Sequence record: MZ475892.1 | Strand: one strand, 5' to 3' | DNA length: 64,000 nucleotides | Shown: piece by piece, positions 1-8,911 of the stretch | How the letters are laid out: each line of letters starts with the position of its first letter | Numbering within the stretch: the stretch's first letter is position 1 | Notes under the pieces: generated by a model | Seen by the model: the letters and a program-made list of their open reading frames with translations, nothing else | What the model was told of the DNA's origin: nothing | The model's database searches: none | Made by a program: the position numbers and the translations under genes

Positions 1-1500
1 ATGGAAATGTTTTCGCTTGGCCTTGAGATCAGGGCCATCCGAACTATAACTAATCCGAATATCAAAGAAGCGTACAGGACGGCCATGATGGGCCGTCTTG
101 GCGTTTCCCATTTCAGTTCGGAGATCACTCGCAAAGCATTCCGCCGCATCACCAAGCTGGTGGAAGTTAAAAGCGAAATAATTGAATGGGACGACTTGCT
201 GGAAGACCCGAACTTGGCAGAAGAGTTCAGGGATAGTCTGCGTGAAGCAGATGAGAAGCCAGCAAAGAGCATGAAGGGATTCGACCGCGTCTACGACAAT
301 CTGGAGAAGTATCGTCAGCGCCGTGACATTATGAACATCGGTAAGATGATTGCGAAAGATTTCGGTGAAGCGGATGCCGAAGAGTTCAACGAGCAAGAGT
401 ATATGCAGGGTCTGGCTGATAAGCTAGGTCAAGCGCAACGCGGCACTCGTTCGACCGAGAAAGTGCATACGTTCGGTGGTAAGAAAAGCAACGCTATCAA
501 ACTGGCGAAGCAAGTTATCCTGAATCCGAAAGAGGTGATGTACAAGACAGGCTTCAAGAACTACGACAAACGAAATGGCGGTTGGCCTACAACGGGTGTC
601 GTACTCTTAGCAGGTTCTACCTCTGGCGGTAAGTCTGTAATCTCGATGAACATCGCCGATGCAATGGCAAAGATTAATGGCATCCACTGTTTGAAGGTCA
701 CCCTTGAGATGACTGCCGAGCAGGAGATGAAGCGTATGCTGTCCATGATCAGCGGCATCGAGTTCAACAAGATCAAGCAGGGCAAGTTATCGAAGCGTGA
801 GCAGAAGCAGTTGATTGAAGCTGCGAAGCAATACGACAAGATCATGACCAAGTCTAAGGGACGTAACTCATTCACGTCTCCTGAGCGCGGCATGTCTATT
901 GATGACGTCCTATATATGTCTATCCCGTACGGCGTTCACGTAACCTTCATCGACTACGTTGGTCTGTTAGAAGGTGTGGACAATGACAACCAGTGGCGTG
1001 AACTATCCACGATTGTTCGTAAAGCGAAAGTACACGCGAACGCAACAGGCCAGCTTGTTGTTATCCTGTGTCAGCTTGATGACCAGTCTGGTCGTATTCG
1101 TTACTCTGGTGGTATGCGTGAGCACGCCGACGTTGTATGGTCATGGAACTACTCTGACCCTGAGATTCGTGAAGGTCACGTTATCCCGATGCAGGTAATG
1201 AAAGCGCGTGATGGTGAGCTGTTTGAAATGGCAATCGCCGAAGCGTTCCACCTGATGCGTGTGTCTGACGCAGAAGAAGGTGCTGAGATTCCTCAACGTG
1301 CTACAACGTCAGATGATGTTGGTGGATCTCCTGCAAAAGGTAATTTCAAGAAGAAAGGTAAGGGTAAAGACAAGATCGAAATCAAGAAGTCTCGACGTGC
1401 AGCAGCAGCGTTCCTATCAAGCGGCAGCGACGACGATGACGACGATGAAGATCTGCCGAAGAAGAAAAAGAAACGCAAGCAATATGACGTTGCTGCGTAA
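1..1500 (+). CDS. dnaB: DnaB-like replicative helicase (may be 5'-truncated by the window edge)
   Basis: Walker A GSTSGGKS, VTLEM, Walker B FIDYVGLL, LCQL, REHADVV; long Lys- and Asp-rich C-terminal tail. Confidence 0.9.
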   Translation: MEMFSLGLEIRAIRTITNPNIKEAYRTAMMGRLGVSHFSSEITRKAFRRITKLVEVKSEIIEWDDLLEDPNLAEEFRDSLREADEKPAKSMKGFDRVYDNLEKYRQRRDIMNIGKMIAKDFGEADAEEFNEQEYMQGLADKLGQAQRGTRSTEKVHTFGGKKSNAIKLAKQVILNPKEVMYKTGFKNYDKRNGGWPTTGVVLLAGSTSGGKSVISMNIADAMAKINGIHCLKVTLEMTAEQEMKRMLSMISGIEFNKIKQGKLSKREQKQLIEAAKQYDKIMTKSKGRNSFTSPERGMSIDDVLYMSIPYGVHVTFIDYVGLLEGVDNDNQWRELSTIVRKAKVHANATGQLVVILCQLDDQSGRIRYSGGMREHADVVWSWNYSDPEIREGHVIPMQVMKARDGELFEMAIAEAFHLMRVSDAEEGAEIPQRATTSDDVGGSPAKGNFKKKGKGKDKIEIKKSRRAAAAFLSSGSDDDDDDEDLPKKKKKRKQYDVAA

Positions 1501-1511
1501 AGGAACTGACC

Positions 1512-1760
1512 ATGAGTGATATTCAGCTACAGGAATTCACGCAAGAAATTCGTGATGACCTGTCGAAAGACTTTGTGTATCACATCCGTACCAAGGACGG
1601 TACGGAGCACACTGGTATGTGGCCCAACTATGCAGGCTTTCATTGTCTCAATCCAAATGAAGGCAAGCGCATTAGTATGGATGATGTTACGCACATCAGT
1701 GAGCAAATGACCTTCGACGATCACTCGGACAAATACGTCTTCAATCGTGAAAAAGTTTGA
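1512..1760 (+). CDS. hypothetical protein
   Basis: 82 aa ORF, AGGA RBS at 1501, fills gap between genes. Confidence 0.7.
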   Translation: MSDIQLQEFTQEIRDDLSKDFVYHIRTKDGTEHTGMWPNYAGFHCLNPNEGKRISMDDVTHISEQMTFDDHSDKYVFNREKV

Positions 1761-2544
1761 GGGTCCATACGGGCTAGTTGAGTCCGATAACCTTGTCCCA
1801 CGTTGGACGTACCCTATTGTGCATGGTAGAGTTCGTCAGGTAGAAGCGTGGGAACTTGATACGCTACCAAACGTTTCCACAGAAGTGCGCATGGTAAACG
1901 ATATTCATGCAATTCACAGCACCCCCGTAGAGGATTATGATGACACAATCGACCTCGAAGCAGAAGCCGAAACGTATTCAAAAACTGAATCCCGACTTCT
2001 TATCAAACCTAAGCTCAATGAAATCAGAGCCCGTAAAAACCAAAGTAACACTGGTCCAGAGAACGTCTTCTCTGTAGCTCCTGAAGTTCTTGACCGTACG
2101 CTGGACAGCATTGATCAGCACAGCGAATCCTTCCGTGATTATCTGTTGCATCAAGTGTTCAGCCCAATCTTAGGCTTTGATATAGCGGCGGGTGAAGTCG
2201 AAGCAATTGCGCGTGATTGTCTCAAGACCCCTCTTGAGATCGATAGTGAACTCGTTCCCTATCTCGAACGAATCGGACTTGCTAATATCATAGGAGTGAT
2301 GTTGGGCAAATCTGAGTCTGTACCAGAAATCGTGCGTGCAGACGTACTCAAAGACTGGCTGATTAAGTCATTCGATGATATTCGTTTAGACAATAAAACG
2401 AAAGCTAACGGTACGAAGCTGCGTGATCAAATACGCCGCCTGATGCACGGTAACGACGAGCTAGTTGCTCAAGGTGCTGGCATTGGTTCTACCCGAGGCT
2501 ATTCGGAAGCGAGGAAGCAACAGAAAGAAAATGGCAAAGCCTAA
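1747..2544 (+). CDS. hypothetical protein, positional candidate for terminase small subunit
   Basis: 265 aa, GTG start, overlaps start of terL; function inferred from position only. Confidence 0.6.
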   Translation: MKKFEGPYGLVESDNLVPRWTYPIVHGRVRQVEAWELDTLPNVSTEVRMVNDIHAIHSTPVEDYDDTIDLEAEAETYSKTESRLLIKPKLNEIRARKNQSNTGPENVFSVAPEVLDRTLDSIDQHSESFRDYLLHQVFSPILGFDIAAGEVEAIARDCLKTPLEIDSELVPYLERIGLANIIGVMLGKSESVPEIVRADVLKDWLIKSFDDIRLDNKTKANGTKLRDQIRRLMHGNDELVAQGAGIGSTRGYSEARKQQKENGKA

Positions 2545-5365
2545 GAAGGGTCCAGCCTTCCAACTTCGTCCCAAGCGCATAGCTGCATTCGATGCACTGC
2601 TTGGTGATGATTTTGAGGAGGCTTCATCTGAGGCGGAAGGGTTAGACTTCCTCTCAGAAAATAGCGCTAATGCCATAGACTTCCTTGAGAAAGGGGAAGT
2701 GAACGTAGTTGACTTGGTGGAGAGTGCGCTAGAGCAGCGTACCCTCGTACCACGCGACTTGAAGTTCGATGATAGCTCAATGCCGAAAGCAAAGAACTTC
2801 TTGGACTGGTGTACTAATCCAAAGTTCCTTAAAGCTGAGCCGTATCTTGAGCAGGCCATGATCGGTCTGCGTTTGTTTGGTGAGATCTGCGTAAGATGTT
2901 CGCCTAACCTACAATGGATGTATACAGAGAATCATGAGCCGCAGGAGGGTACTGCCGCTATCGGGAAGCATTTGCATCTTCTCCATAACGGTGTGTGTCC
3001 TCACTGCGGCGCTCGTCGTTCTGATATGATTCGTAACAAGGAGATTAACTTCTACAACGAGCTGGCAGTGAATGCCGGTCAGCGTTGTGTGATTGCGTCT
3101 ACGCCTGTAGCGACGAACAACGGCATCATGCCTATCGGTCACATGATGATCGGTCATGACACGCCTGGCTTCCACAAACCTCGTCGCAATTTCAGTGCGC
3201 ACAACGGACGTGAGATCAAAAAGGTTAGTCAGGTCTATGTGTCAAGCGAGAGTCCTACCAAGGTCATTACACTCGCTAACGGCATCTGGATTGAAGCAAC
3301 ACACGATCACCCTATCCGTACAGAGACGGGCTTTAAGAAGACCGATAAACTCGTGCGTGGTGAACGTGTTGAAGTAGCTGTCGGCACGAACACGTGGGGC
3401 AAGATACAGCGTCCTACGACTATCTACGAAGCTGGATTGTCTACGCGTGAAGATGCGTTGCGATACATTGCAGACAGATCGATTCCGTTCGGCGAAAGCA
3501 AGCTACAGTACGTCTCAGAGGACGTTGACGCGATTCAGATGGTATGGTCTATTCTGCTTAACGCGGGATTTGTGCCGAGCGTGCTGCATGGTGGCGAGGG
3601 TTATAGCGTTCTCTACTCTCTGACCGATGAGCCTCAGCGTTGTTCTAAGCACATCGAGATCATGTTCGTTGAAGAGGGCACGCCGCAGATAACATACGAC
3701 TTGCAGATGGAAGGTCTGCCTCAGTTCGTAGCGTCCGGCCTCGTACACCACAACAGCGGTAAGTCAGTTGTTGTTGCAATGATCTCTACCTATCTGACGC
3801 ACAGACTGCTTATGTCGCAGTCGCCTACTGGCATCTTGAGCATCGACAGCACAACCGTACTGCACGGTACGTTCGTTGCTCTTACCCAGAAGCAAGCGGC
3901 AGATACACTTTGGACTCCCTACTTCAACTACATCATGGGCAGTCCCTGGTTCCAAGCATACCATGACCTGATTCGTAAACACGAACGGCGCTATGGTATC
4001 GAAGTAATGAAGATTCGTGACACGTTCATATTGTACGGTCACCGTAGCTTTGTTATTTATCCTGCAGGTCCTGATGGACGTATTCTTCGTGGTCGAACCC
4101 GTGTACTAGCGGTAATCGATGAAGTGGCGTATTTCGACAACGACGCCCAATCGAAGAAGATCAAAGTCAGTGCTAATGCCGTGTACGGCGCTCTCGACCG
4201 CTCGCTCGCCACTGTGCGTGCTAAGGAGAAGCGGCAAGTCGAAGCCGGATATGATGAGGCGTTTACGGGTTACTTCTGCAACATTAGTAGCCCGGTACAT
4301 GCACGCGATAAGATCAATGAACTGATGCGCATGGCAGTTGACTCGAAAACGTTGCTGGGCATTCATGCTCCTACGTGGAAGATGAACCCAGACATGCCGC
4401 GTGACTCAGAGTTCTTGCTCGAAGCGTTCCGTCGTGACCCTGTTGGTGCGGCGCGTGACTACGGTGCAGAAGCTCCGTTGTCTGCTAACCCGTTCATCAC
4501 TCAGCCTATCTTTATCGAACAGGCGATACGTGATAAGGGTCGTTCGCTGTGCAGCTACACGCATCATATTCTACGTCACAAAGATGGCCAGAGACAGCGT
4601 TATGGTAGTCTCGTTAAAGCAGTTGAGACAAACAAGAACAGCATCCTCGCAATCGATGCGGGCTATTCAAACAACAGCTTCTCGCTGGTGACTGGTAGCC
4701 GTGACGAAGCAGGGATCATCTCGGTAGACTGCGTTGTGGAGATTATTCCTAAGCCAGGCATACCTCTCAACTACACGATGATATTCGATGAACTGCTTGT
4801 GCCTCTGTGTCGCCTGCGTAACGTTCGCGTAATGCTTGCCGACCAATGGCAGTCCCTCAAGCTGCTGCAGGATGCGAAGATCAAATGTCCTTCAATCGAA
4901 GCTGCCGACAAGTACAGTCTCAAGTATGAGGACATGTGGACAGTTAAGACGATGTTTGAATCTCAGCCGTCGCGTATCAGTCTGCCTCGTATGGGCTTTG
5001 CGAAGACCATTCAGGAGACGTTGCAGTATAACGGTGACGAGTACCCACACTGCTTTGAGAATAAGCCTACAGAGCACTTGGTGATGCAGCTACAGACTGT
5101 GCAAGACACAGGCCGTGGCGTTATCAAGAACACAGGTGCAACAGATGACTTGTGGCGTGCTATGGCTCTCATGGTATACGGCTTTGAGTGTGGTGAATAT
5201 GAGGAGTTCTTGTCCACCCCTGCGAAAATCAGCGTTAACCGTGACCCGAATCGTCTGGGTCGTGTTGCTGGTCGTCTTAACAAAGGCGTTGCAGGGTCTA
5301 GTGGTAAGACAGCTCCTACTCGCGTTCTTGGTAGCGCTGCGACTCGTATGATTGGTCGCAAATAA
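2531..5365 (+). CDS. terL: terminase large subunit with intein
   Basis: ATG at 2531 preferred to TTG 2465; Walker A GQR|SGKS split by intein; Walker B AVIDEVAYF; nuclease domain LAIDAG, DQWQS, DDLWRA. Confidence 0.88.
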   Translation: MAKPKKGPAFQLRPKRIAAFDALLGDDFEEASSEAEGLDFLSENSANAIDFLEKGEVNVVDLVESALEQRTLVPRDLKFDDSSMPKAKNFLDWCTNPKFLKAEPYLEQAMIGLRLFGEICVRCSPNLQWMYTENHEPQEGTAAIGKHLHLLHNGVCPHCGARRSDMIRNKEINFYNELAVNAGQRCVIASTPVATNNGIMPIGHMMIGHDTPGFHKPRRNFSAHNGREIKKVSQVYVSSESPTKVITLANGIWIEATHDHPIRTETGFKKTDKLVRGERVEVAVGTNTWGKIQRPTTIYEAGLSTREDALRYIADRSIPFGESKLQYVSEDVDAIQMVWSILLNAGFVPSVLHGGEGYSVLYSLTDEPQRCSKHIEIMFVEEGTPQITYDLQMEGLPQFVASGLVHHNSGKSVVVAMISTYLTHRLLMSQSPTGILSIDSTTVLHGTFVALTQKQAADTLWTPYFNYIMGSPWFQAYHDLIRKHERRYGIEVMKIRDTFILYGHRSFVIYPAGPDGRILRGRTRVLAVIDEVAYFDNDAQSKKIKVSANAVYGALDRSLATVRAKEKRQVEAGYDEAFTGYFCNISSPVHARDKINELMRMAVDSKTLLGIHAPTWKMNPDMPRDSEFLLEAFRRDPVGAARDYGAEAPLSANPFITQPIFIEQAIRDKGRSLCSYTHHILRHKDGQRQRYGSLVKAVETNKNSILAIDAGYSNNSFSLVTGSRDEAGIISVDCVVEIIPKPGIPLNYTMIFDELLVPLCRLRNVRVMLADQWQSLKLLQDAKIKCPSIEAADKYSLKYEDMWTVKTMFESQPSRISLPRMGFAKTIQETLQYNGDEYPHCFENKPTEHLVMQLQTVQDTGRGVIKNTGATDDLWRAMALMVYGFECGEYEEFLSTPAKISVNRDPNRLGRVAGRLNKGVAGSSGKTAPTRVLGSAATRMIGRK
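3086..3754 (+). mobile_element. intein (223 aa, endonuclease largely lost) in terL Walker A
   Basis: Starts Cys (CVIASTPV), block B ATHDHPI, ends VHHN followed by Ser +1; removal restores GQRSGKS. Confidence 0.92.
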
Positions 5366-5367
5366 GC

Positions 5368-5373
5368 TAATTT
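5368..5373 (+). promoter_or_regulatory. TAATTT candidate late promoter element
   Basis: Intergenic, about 30 nt before ATG 5403; recurs at similar spacing. Confidence 0.5.
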
Positions 5374-5402
5374 AACCAAGAAAGCCACTTGAGGAAAAGA
5401 TC

Positions 5403-5621
5403 ATGGAAAACAAGTTTTACAACCCACTGACATCCGCCGAGACTGTAAAGTCACAGTCAAGCACGGATAAGGCAGAAAGTACGAGCGGTGCGTTTCAAGT
5501 TGAAAACCCGAACGTCTGTCCTAAGTGCGCATCGTCTACTGTCCCCACTCAGTTACTTGACGGGGAACAGGTGATGTTCTGCACATCCTGCCGTGTGAGT
5601 CTCGCCATTCCATTGAAGTGA
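5403..5621 (+). CDS. small zinc-ribbon protein
   Basis: CPKC...FCTSC, GAGGA RBS. Confidence 0.75.
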   Translation: MENKFYNPLTSAETVKSQSSTDKAESTSGAFQVENPNVCPKCASSTVPTQLLDGEQVMFCTSCRVSLAIPLK

Positions 5622-5628
5622 GGTTATA

Positions 5629-7554
5629 ATGGGCATTCGTGTCGGACGCCAGTATGCTGGCTCTCCTCCGGAGGAGGCCAAGAAAAAGAAACAGTCTACT
5701 CTTGGCTCCGCATCCCTCCCCCGAGCAGTAGGCGAAGCTATCCGCAGTGAGAGTTCGAAACGTCACACAGAGTTTCTTTCTCAGTCTGCTGGTGGTGCAG
5801 GAATGGCTGCTGGTAATATGCAGATTGGTACCGTACCGCTAGACATTGACTTAGAGCCAATGATGGAAGGTATGGACTATGATGCTGATGACCGACAGCT
5901 ATTCAACGTCTACCGCGATATGTATCACTTCGACCCAATCTGCGGCTCTTACGTGGACTTGTTCTCAACGCTGCCGTTCTCTGATGTGAGTTTCAGTGGC
6001 GCGAAGGACAGTGTGCTTGAGCCGTATTACGAAGTGAACGAACGTCTGTCACTAACGTCCAGTATGCCGAACATCTGTACCGACATTCAGGTTACTGGCG
6101 CGTTCATTGGCAGCATGATCTACAACAAAGACCGTAAGAAATTCATCGACCTGATGACGCACCGTTACGACAATATCGACGTGACACCGCTTCCGTTTAT
6201 CAGTCAGGACCCGATGTTTGACTTGCGTATTCCTCAGTACGTGAAGCAAGCCTTCAACAAAGAAGGTAAGCGAATCGATGCGCTCAAGAAAGAGCTGGGG
6301 CCTGGCTTTGTTGAAAAGCTGATGAACGATCAAACGATGGAGCTTGACCCTATTGGGACAATCTATATCCCTCGCAAGACGTTCACTTTCGGTGAAGGTA
6401 TCTCTGTATTCCGTCGTGTGTTGCCTATCTGGCTAATTGAGAAGAACCTGTATCGCGGTACGTTGATTGAATCTGGTCGTCGTCAACGCGGTATTCTTCA
6501 TGCTCAGTTGGGTGATGGCGATCAGTGGGAACCTTCGCAGGAAGAAATGGATTTCATGACAGACCTGTTGCTGTCTGCTGATAGTGACCCTATCGGTAGT
6601 ATCATCACAACTCGTCTGGGCGTCAACATTAGTGAGTTCCGCCAAGGCGGTGACTTCTGGAAGATTACCGATATCTGGGACCAGACTGCTACGTTTAAGA
6701 TGCGTGCAATGGGTATCAGTGAGGCATTCCTGAGTGGTGAAGCCAACTATGATTCCGGTGCTGCTGGCCTGACTATCTTTGTCGAGGCGATGCGTGCTTT
6801 CCGTGATCATCTGACGCGTAAGGTCTACTATGAGAAAGTCTTCCCGCTTATCAGTATGATGAATGGCCTTGCTGTTCAGCGTAACGGTAAGATCGTTAAG
6901 AAGAACAATCTCATGGACGGCGGTCTGACCGAAGTTATGCACAGACTGAATGACGGCTCTAAGCTGTTTATCCCGAACGTGCATTGGTCTAAGCAGCTTC
7001 GTCCTGATGTTGACCAAGCGATGATGGAAAACTTGCGTGCTATGACTGAGCTGGGTGTTCCAGTTCCGTTACGTGCAATCGCATCTGCTGGTGGCTACAA
7101 CTTCGACCAGATTCTGATGGACCAAGATGAAGACCTCGCTATGCGCCGTAAGCTGATGGCTTATAAGAAGCGTATGGCAGAAGTTGATTCTGAGTTCAAA
7201 GCACCAGAAGAAGGCGCGGAAGGTGGCGATAGCTTTAGTTCTGTTTCTAACGATCTCAAGCGCCGTCGTCGTCACATTGCAGGTATCGGTTTGTCCTCAG
7301 CTGTGCTTGGCGGTGAACGCCGTAAAGGCCTGCTGGGCCGTGATTTCGGTGAGCAGTCAGAAGTCTTCGAGTTCACCAAAACCGGCAAGAAGAAACACAT
7401 CATCGGTCAGGCGCGTGCTAACCATAAAGCGAACGATGCTATTTGGAAAGCAGCACGCAACTATGAAGCCAACAAAACGATGCCTCTTGATAACGGTAAA
7501 GTGTCCTTTGAGCCTACCGCGCAAGAGCTTCGCGCTATGTCGAGACTTCGCTAA
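5629..7554 (+). CDS. probable portal protein
   Basis: 641 aa just downstream of terL; YRDMYHFDP and GDFWKITDI segments reminiscent of large-myovirus portals; GAGG RBS. Confidence 0.7.
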   Translation: MGIRVGRQYAGSPPEEAKKKKQSTLGSASLPRAVGEAIRSESSKRHTEFLSQSAGGAGMAAGNMQIGTVPLDIDLEPMMEGMDYDADDRQLFNVYRDMYHFDPICGSYVDLFSTLPFSDVSFSGAKDSVLEPYYEVNERLSLTSSMPNICTDIQVTGAFIGSMIYNKDRKKFIDLMTHRYDNIDVTPLPFISQDPMFDLRIPQYVKQAFNKEGKRIDALKKELGPGFVEKLMNDQTMELDPIGTIYIPRKTFTFGEGISVFRRVLPIWLIEKNLYRGTLIESGRRQRGILHAQLGDGDQWEPSQEEMDFMTDLLLSADSDPIGSIITTRLGVNISEFRQGGDFWKITDIWDQTATFKMRAMGISEAFLSGEANYDSGAAGLTIFVEAMRAFRDHLTRKVYYEKVFPLISMMNGLAVQRNGKIVKKNNLMDGGLTEVMHRLNDGSKLFIPNVHWSKQLRPDVDQAMMENLRAMTELGVPVPLRAIASAGGYNFDQILMDQDEDLAMRRKLMAYKKRMAEVDSEFKAPEEGAEGGDSFSSVSNDLKRRRRHIAGIGLSSAVLGGERRKGLLGRDFGEQSEVFEFTKTGKKKHIIGQARANHKANDAIWKAARNYEANKTMPLDNGKVSFEPTAQELRAMSRLR

Positions 7555-7880
7555 TGTATCGCTTCCAGACTTGTCCCATTGAAGGTACGAAGGAGCTGGT
7601 GGTATATCGCCACCCTTCGTTCTCCAACTACGGTCTGGCCTTAAAGGTAAATCGCACTGGTGAGCAAAACGCTGTTCAGTGCGATATTGTCTCAGGCAAT
7701 ATTGATGGCGTCTCTCGTCTGGATGCCATTACAGACCATACTGCCCCACTTGATGTACAGCTATGGGCTTTTACCTGTATGCACATCTTGCGGGAATCTG
7801 TAAATATCGAGAGCATTAATCTTGATACGCTGTTTAGCAATAATGGCGGTATCGTATACTATGGTACTTCAGGAGAATAA
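7554..7880 (+). CDS. hypothetical protein
   Basis: 108 aa, TAATG coupling to upstream gene. Confidence 0.7.
   Translation: MYRFQTCPIEGTKELVVYRHPSFSNYGLALKVNRTGEQNAVQCDIVSGNIDGVSRLDAITDHTAPLDVQLWAFTCMHILRESVNIESINLDTLFSNNGGIVYYGTSGE
7798..7805 (+). promoter_or_regulatory. CTGTAAAT candidate phage promoter
   Basis: Recurring motif, about 80 nt before GTG 7883. Confidence 0.55.
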
Positions 7881-7882
7881 TC

Positions 7883-8269
7883 GTGAGCGGAATGTTTCCT
7901 CATCATGTAATTGAACAAAAGAAAGGCTTCGTGTTTATCGTCACTCCGATTGAGGACGATCCAGACAGTCTCGAAGCTGCGGAAGAAGTGCGTGCAGTAC
8001 TCGAAGAGTCGTGGCCTACTGCACCTTCTGAGTTGACCGTGGACGACGTTCGCGATCCTGAAGAAGCTGAGTTAATCTTGGCTGACATTCTGGAGGTTCT
8101 GGGCGAAGCAGAATCTGAGTACGCGAACAAAGTCCTGATCAACAGCGTGATTGTTGTCGGCGCTCTGGCCATCGTTAACGTCCTGCTGCTGGACGAAGAA
8201 GTCAATTCCGAAGAAGAGGAAGAAGACGATGACGCTGATCAGTCTGCGGACGAAGAAGAGTTCGAATAA
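7883..8269 (+). CDS. highly acidic hypothetical protein
   Basis: 128 aa, AGGAG RBS, Asp/Glu-rich throughout with acidic tail. Confidence 0.75.
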   Translation: MSGMFPHHVIEQKKGFVFIVTPIEDDPDSLEAAEEVRAVLEESWPTAPSELTVDDVRDPEEAELILADILEVLGEAESEYANKVLINSVIVVGALAIVNVLLLDEEVNSEEEEEDDDADQSADEEEFE

Positions 8270-8279
8270 CGTAGACCGT

Positions 8280-8297
8280 GAGGACCTTCGGGTCCTC
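8280..8297 (+). promoter_or_regulatory. cUUCGg tetraloop hairpin abutting a start codon
   Basis: GAGGACC-TTCG-GGTCCTC perfect 7-bp stem, no U tract, ATG at 8298. Confidence 0.7.
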
Positions 8298-8432
8298 ATG
8301 AATCTAACAGACAAGCATCCCGTACTTGCCGCCAAGTATCTCACTAATCAGACCCCTGTGTATGCGCGTGCGTTACTTGATGAACTCAACAACGAGGAAG
8401 TATCTGACCTCTACTATCAAATGGTAGCATGA
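8298..8432 (+). CDS. small hypothetical protein (44 aa)
   Basis: ATG 8298 in frame of track ORF 8151..8432; stop overlaps next start. Confidence 0.5.
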   Translation: MNLTDKHPVLAAKYLTNQTPVYARALLDELNNEEVSDLYYQMVA

Positions 8433-8911
8433 TGGACAAAACAGAGAGCGCAAGCTCCAATAGCGAAAGGCACCGAATCTATTTCAGGCAGCCGCAACGA
8501 GTACCTCCCTTCGATACAGCTTTTGTTCGTGCGTCAGACACCACGAGCCTCAAGCTGCTTCTCTCGGCTGCTCCTGAACATTGTCAGATCATATTGTTTA
8601 CGGACGGCACCGGCACTGCTTATGCCATGAAACGCCTCTTTAAGCGCAAATTCCTTTTGAACTCTCAAGCCCTACAACTCGATCTGCCTACGATAACACT
8701 CACGGGTCAGGTCGTTTATCAGTTCGTTCGCGGCGGCTCTGTGCGCGACAAACTGAGTCGTTACTTCTGTGCGGGACCAAGCTATCTGCATGAGCTGGCA
8801 CAAACGTCCGTTGAATCAGACGTTCTCGATATGTTCTGTTTGGGCTTAGACTTCCATACGGTATTGCGTGCGAGGGAGCGTGGCCGTTCTATTGTCTTTA
8901 CGGAGGAATAA
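8429..8911 (+). CDS. hypothetical protein
   Basis: 160 aa, coupled to both neighbours. Confidence 0.7.
   Translation: MMDKTESASSNSERHRIYFRQPQRVPPFDTAFVRASDTTSLKLLLSAAPEHCQIILFTDGTGTAYAMKRLFKRKFLLNSQALQLDLPTITLTGQVVYQFVRGGSVRDKLSRYFCAGPSYLHELAQTSVESDVLDMFCLGLDFHTVLRARERGRSIVFTEE

Noticed and set aside
2465-2530. Longer TTG start for terL given by the ORF track
   Set aside because: Overlaps 80 nt of the upstream gene; ATG 2531 gives a compact overlap typical of this genome.
5443-5450. CTGTAAAG inside the Zn-ribbon gene
   Set aside because: Variant base and about 180 nt from the next start; treated as background.
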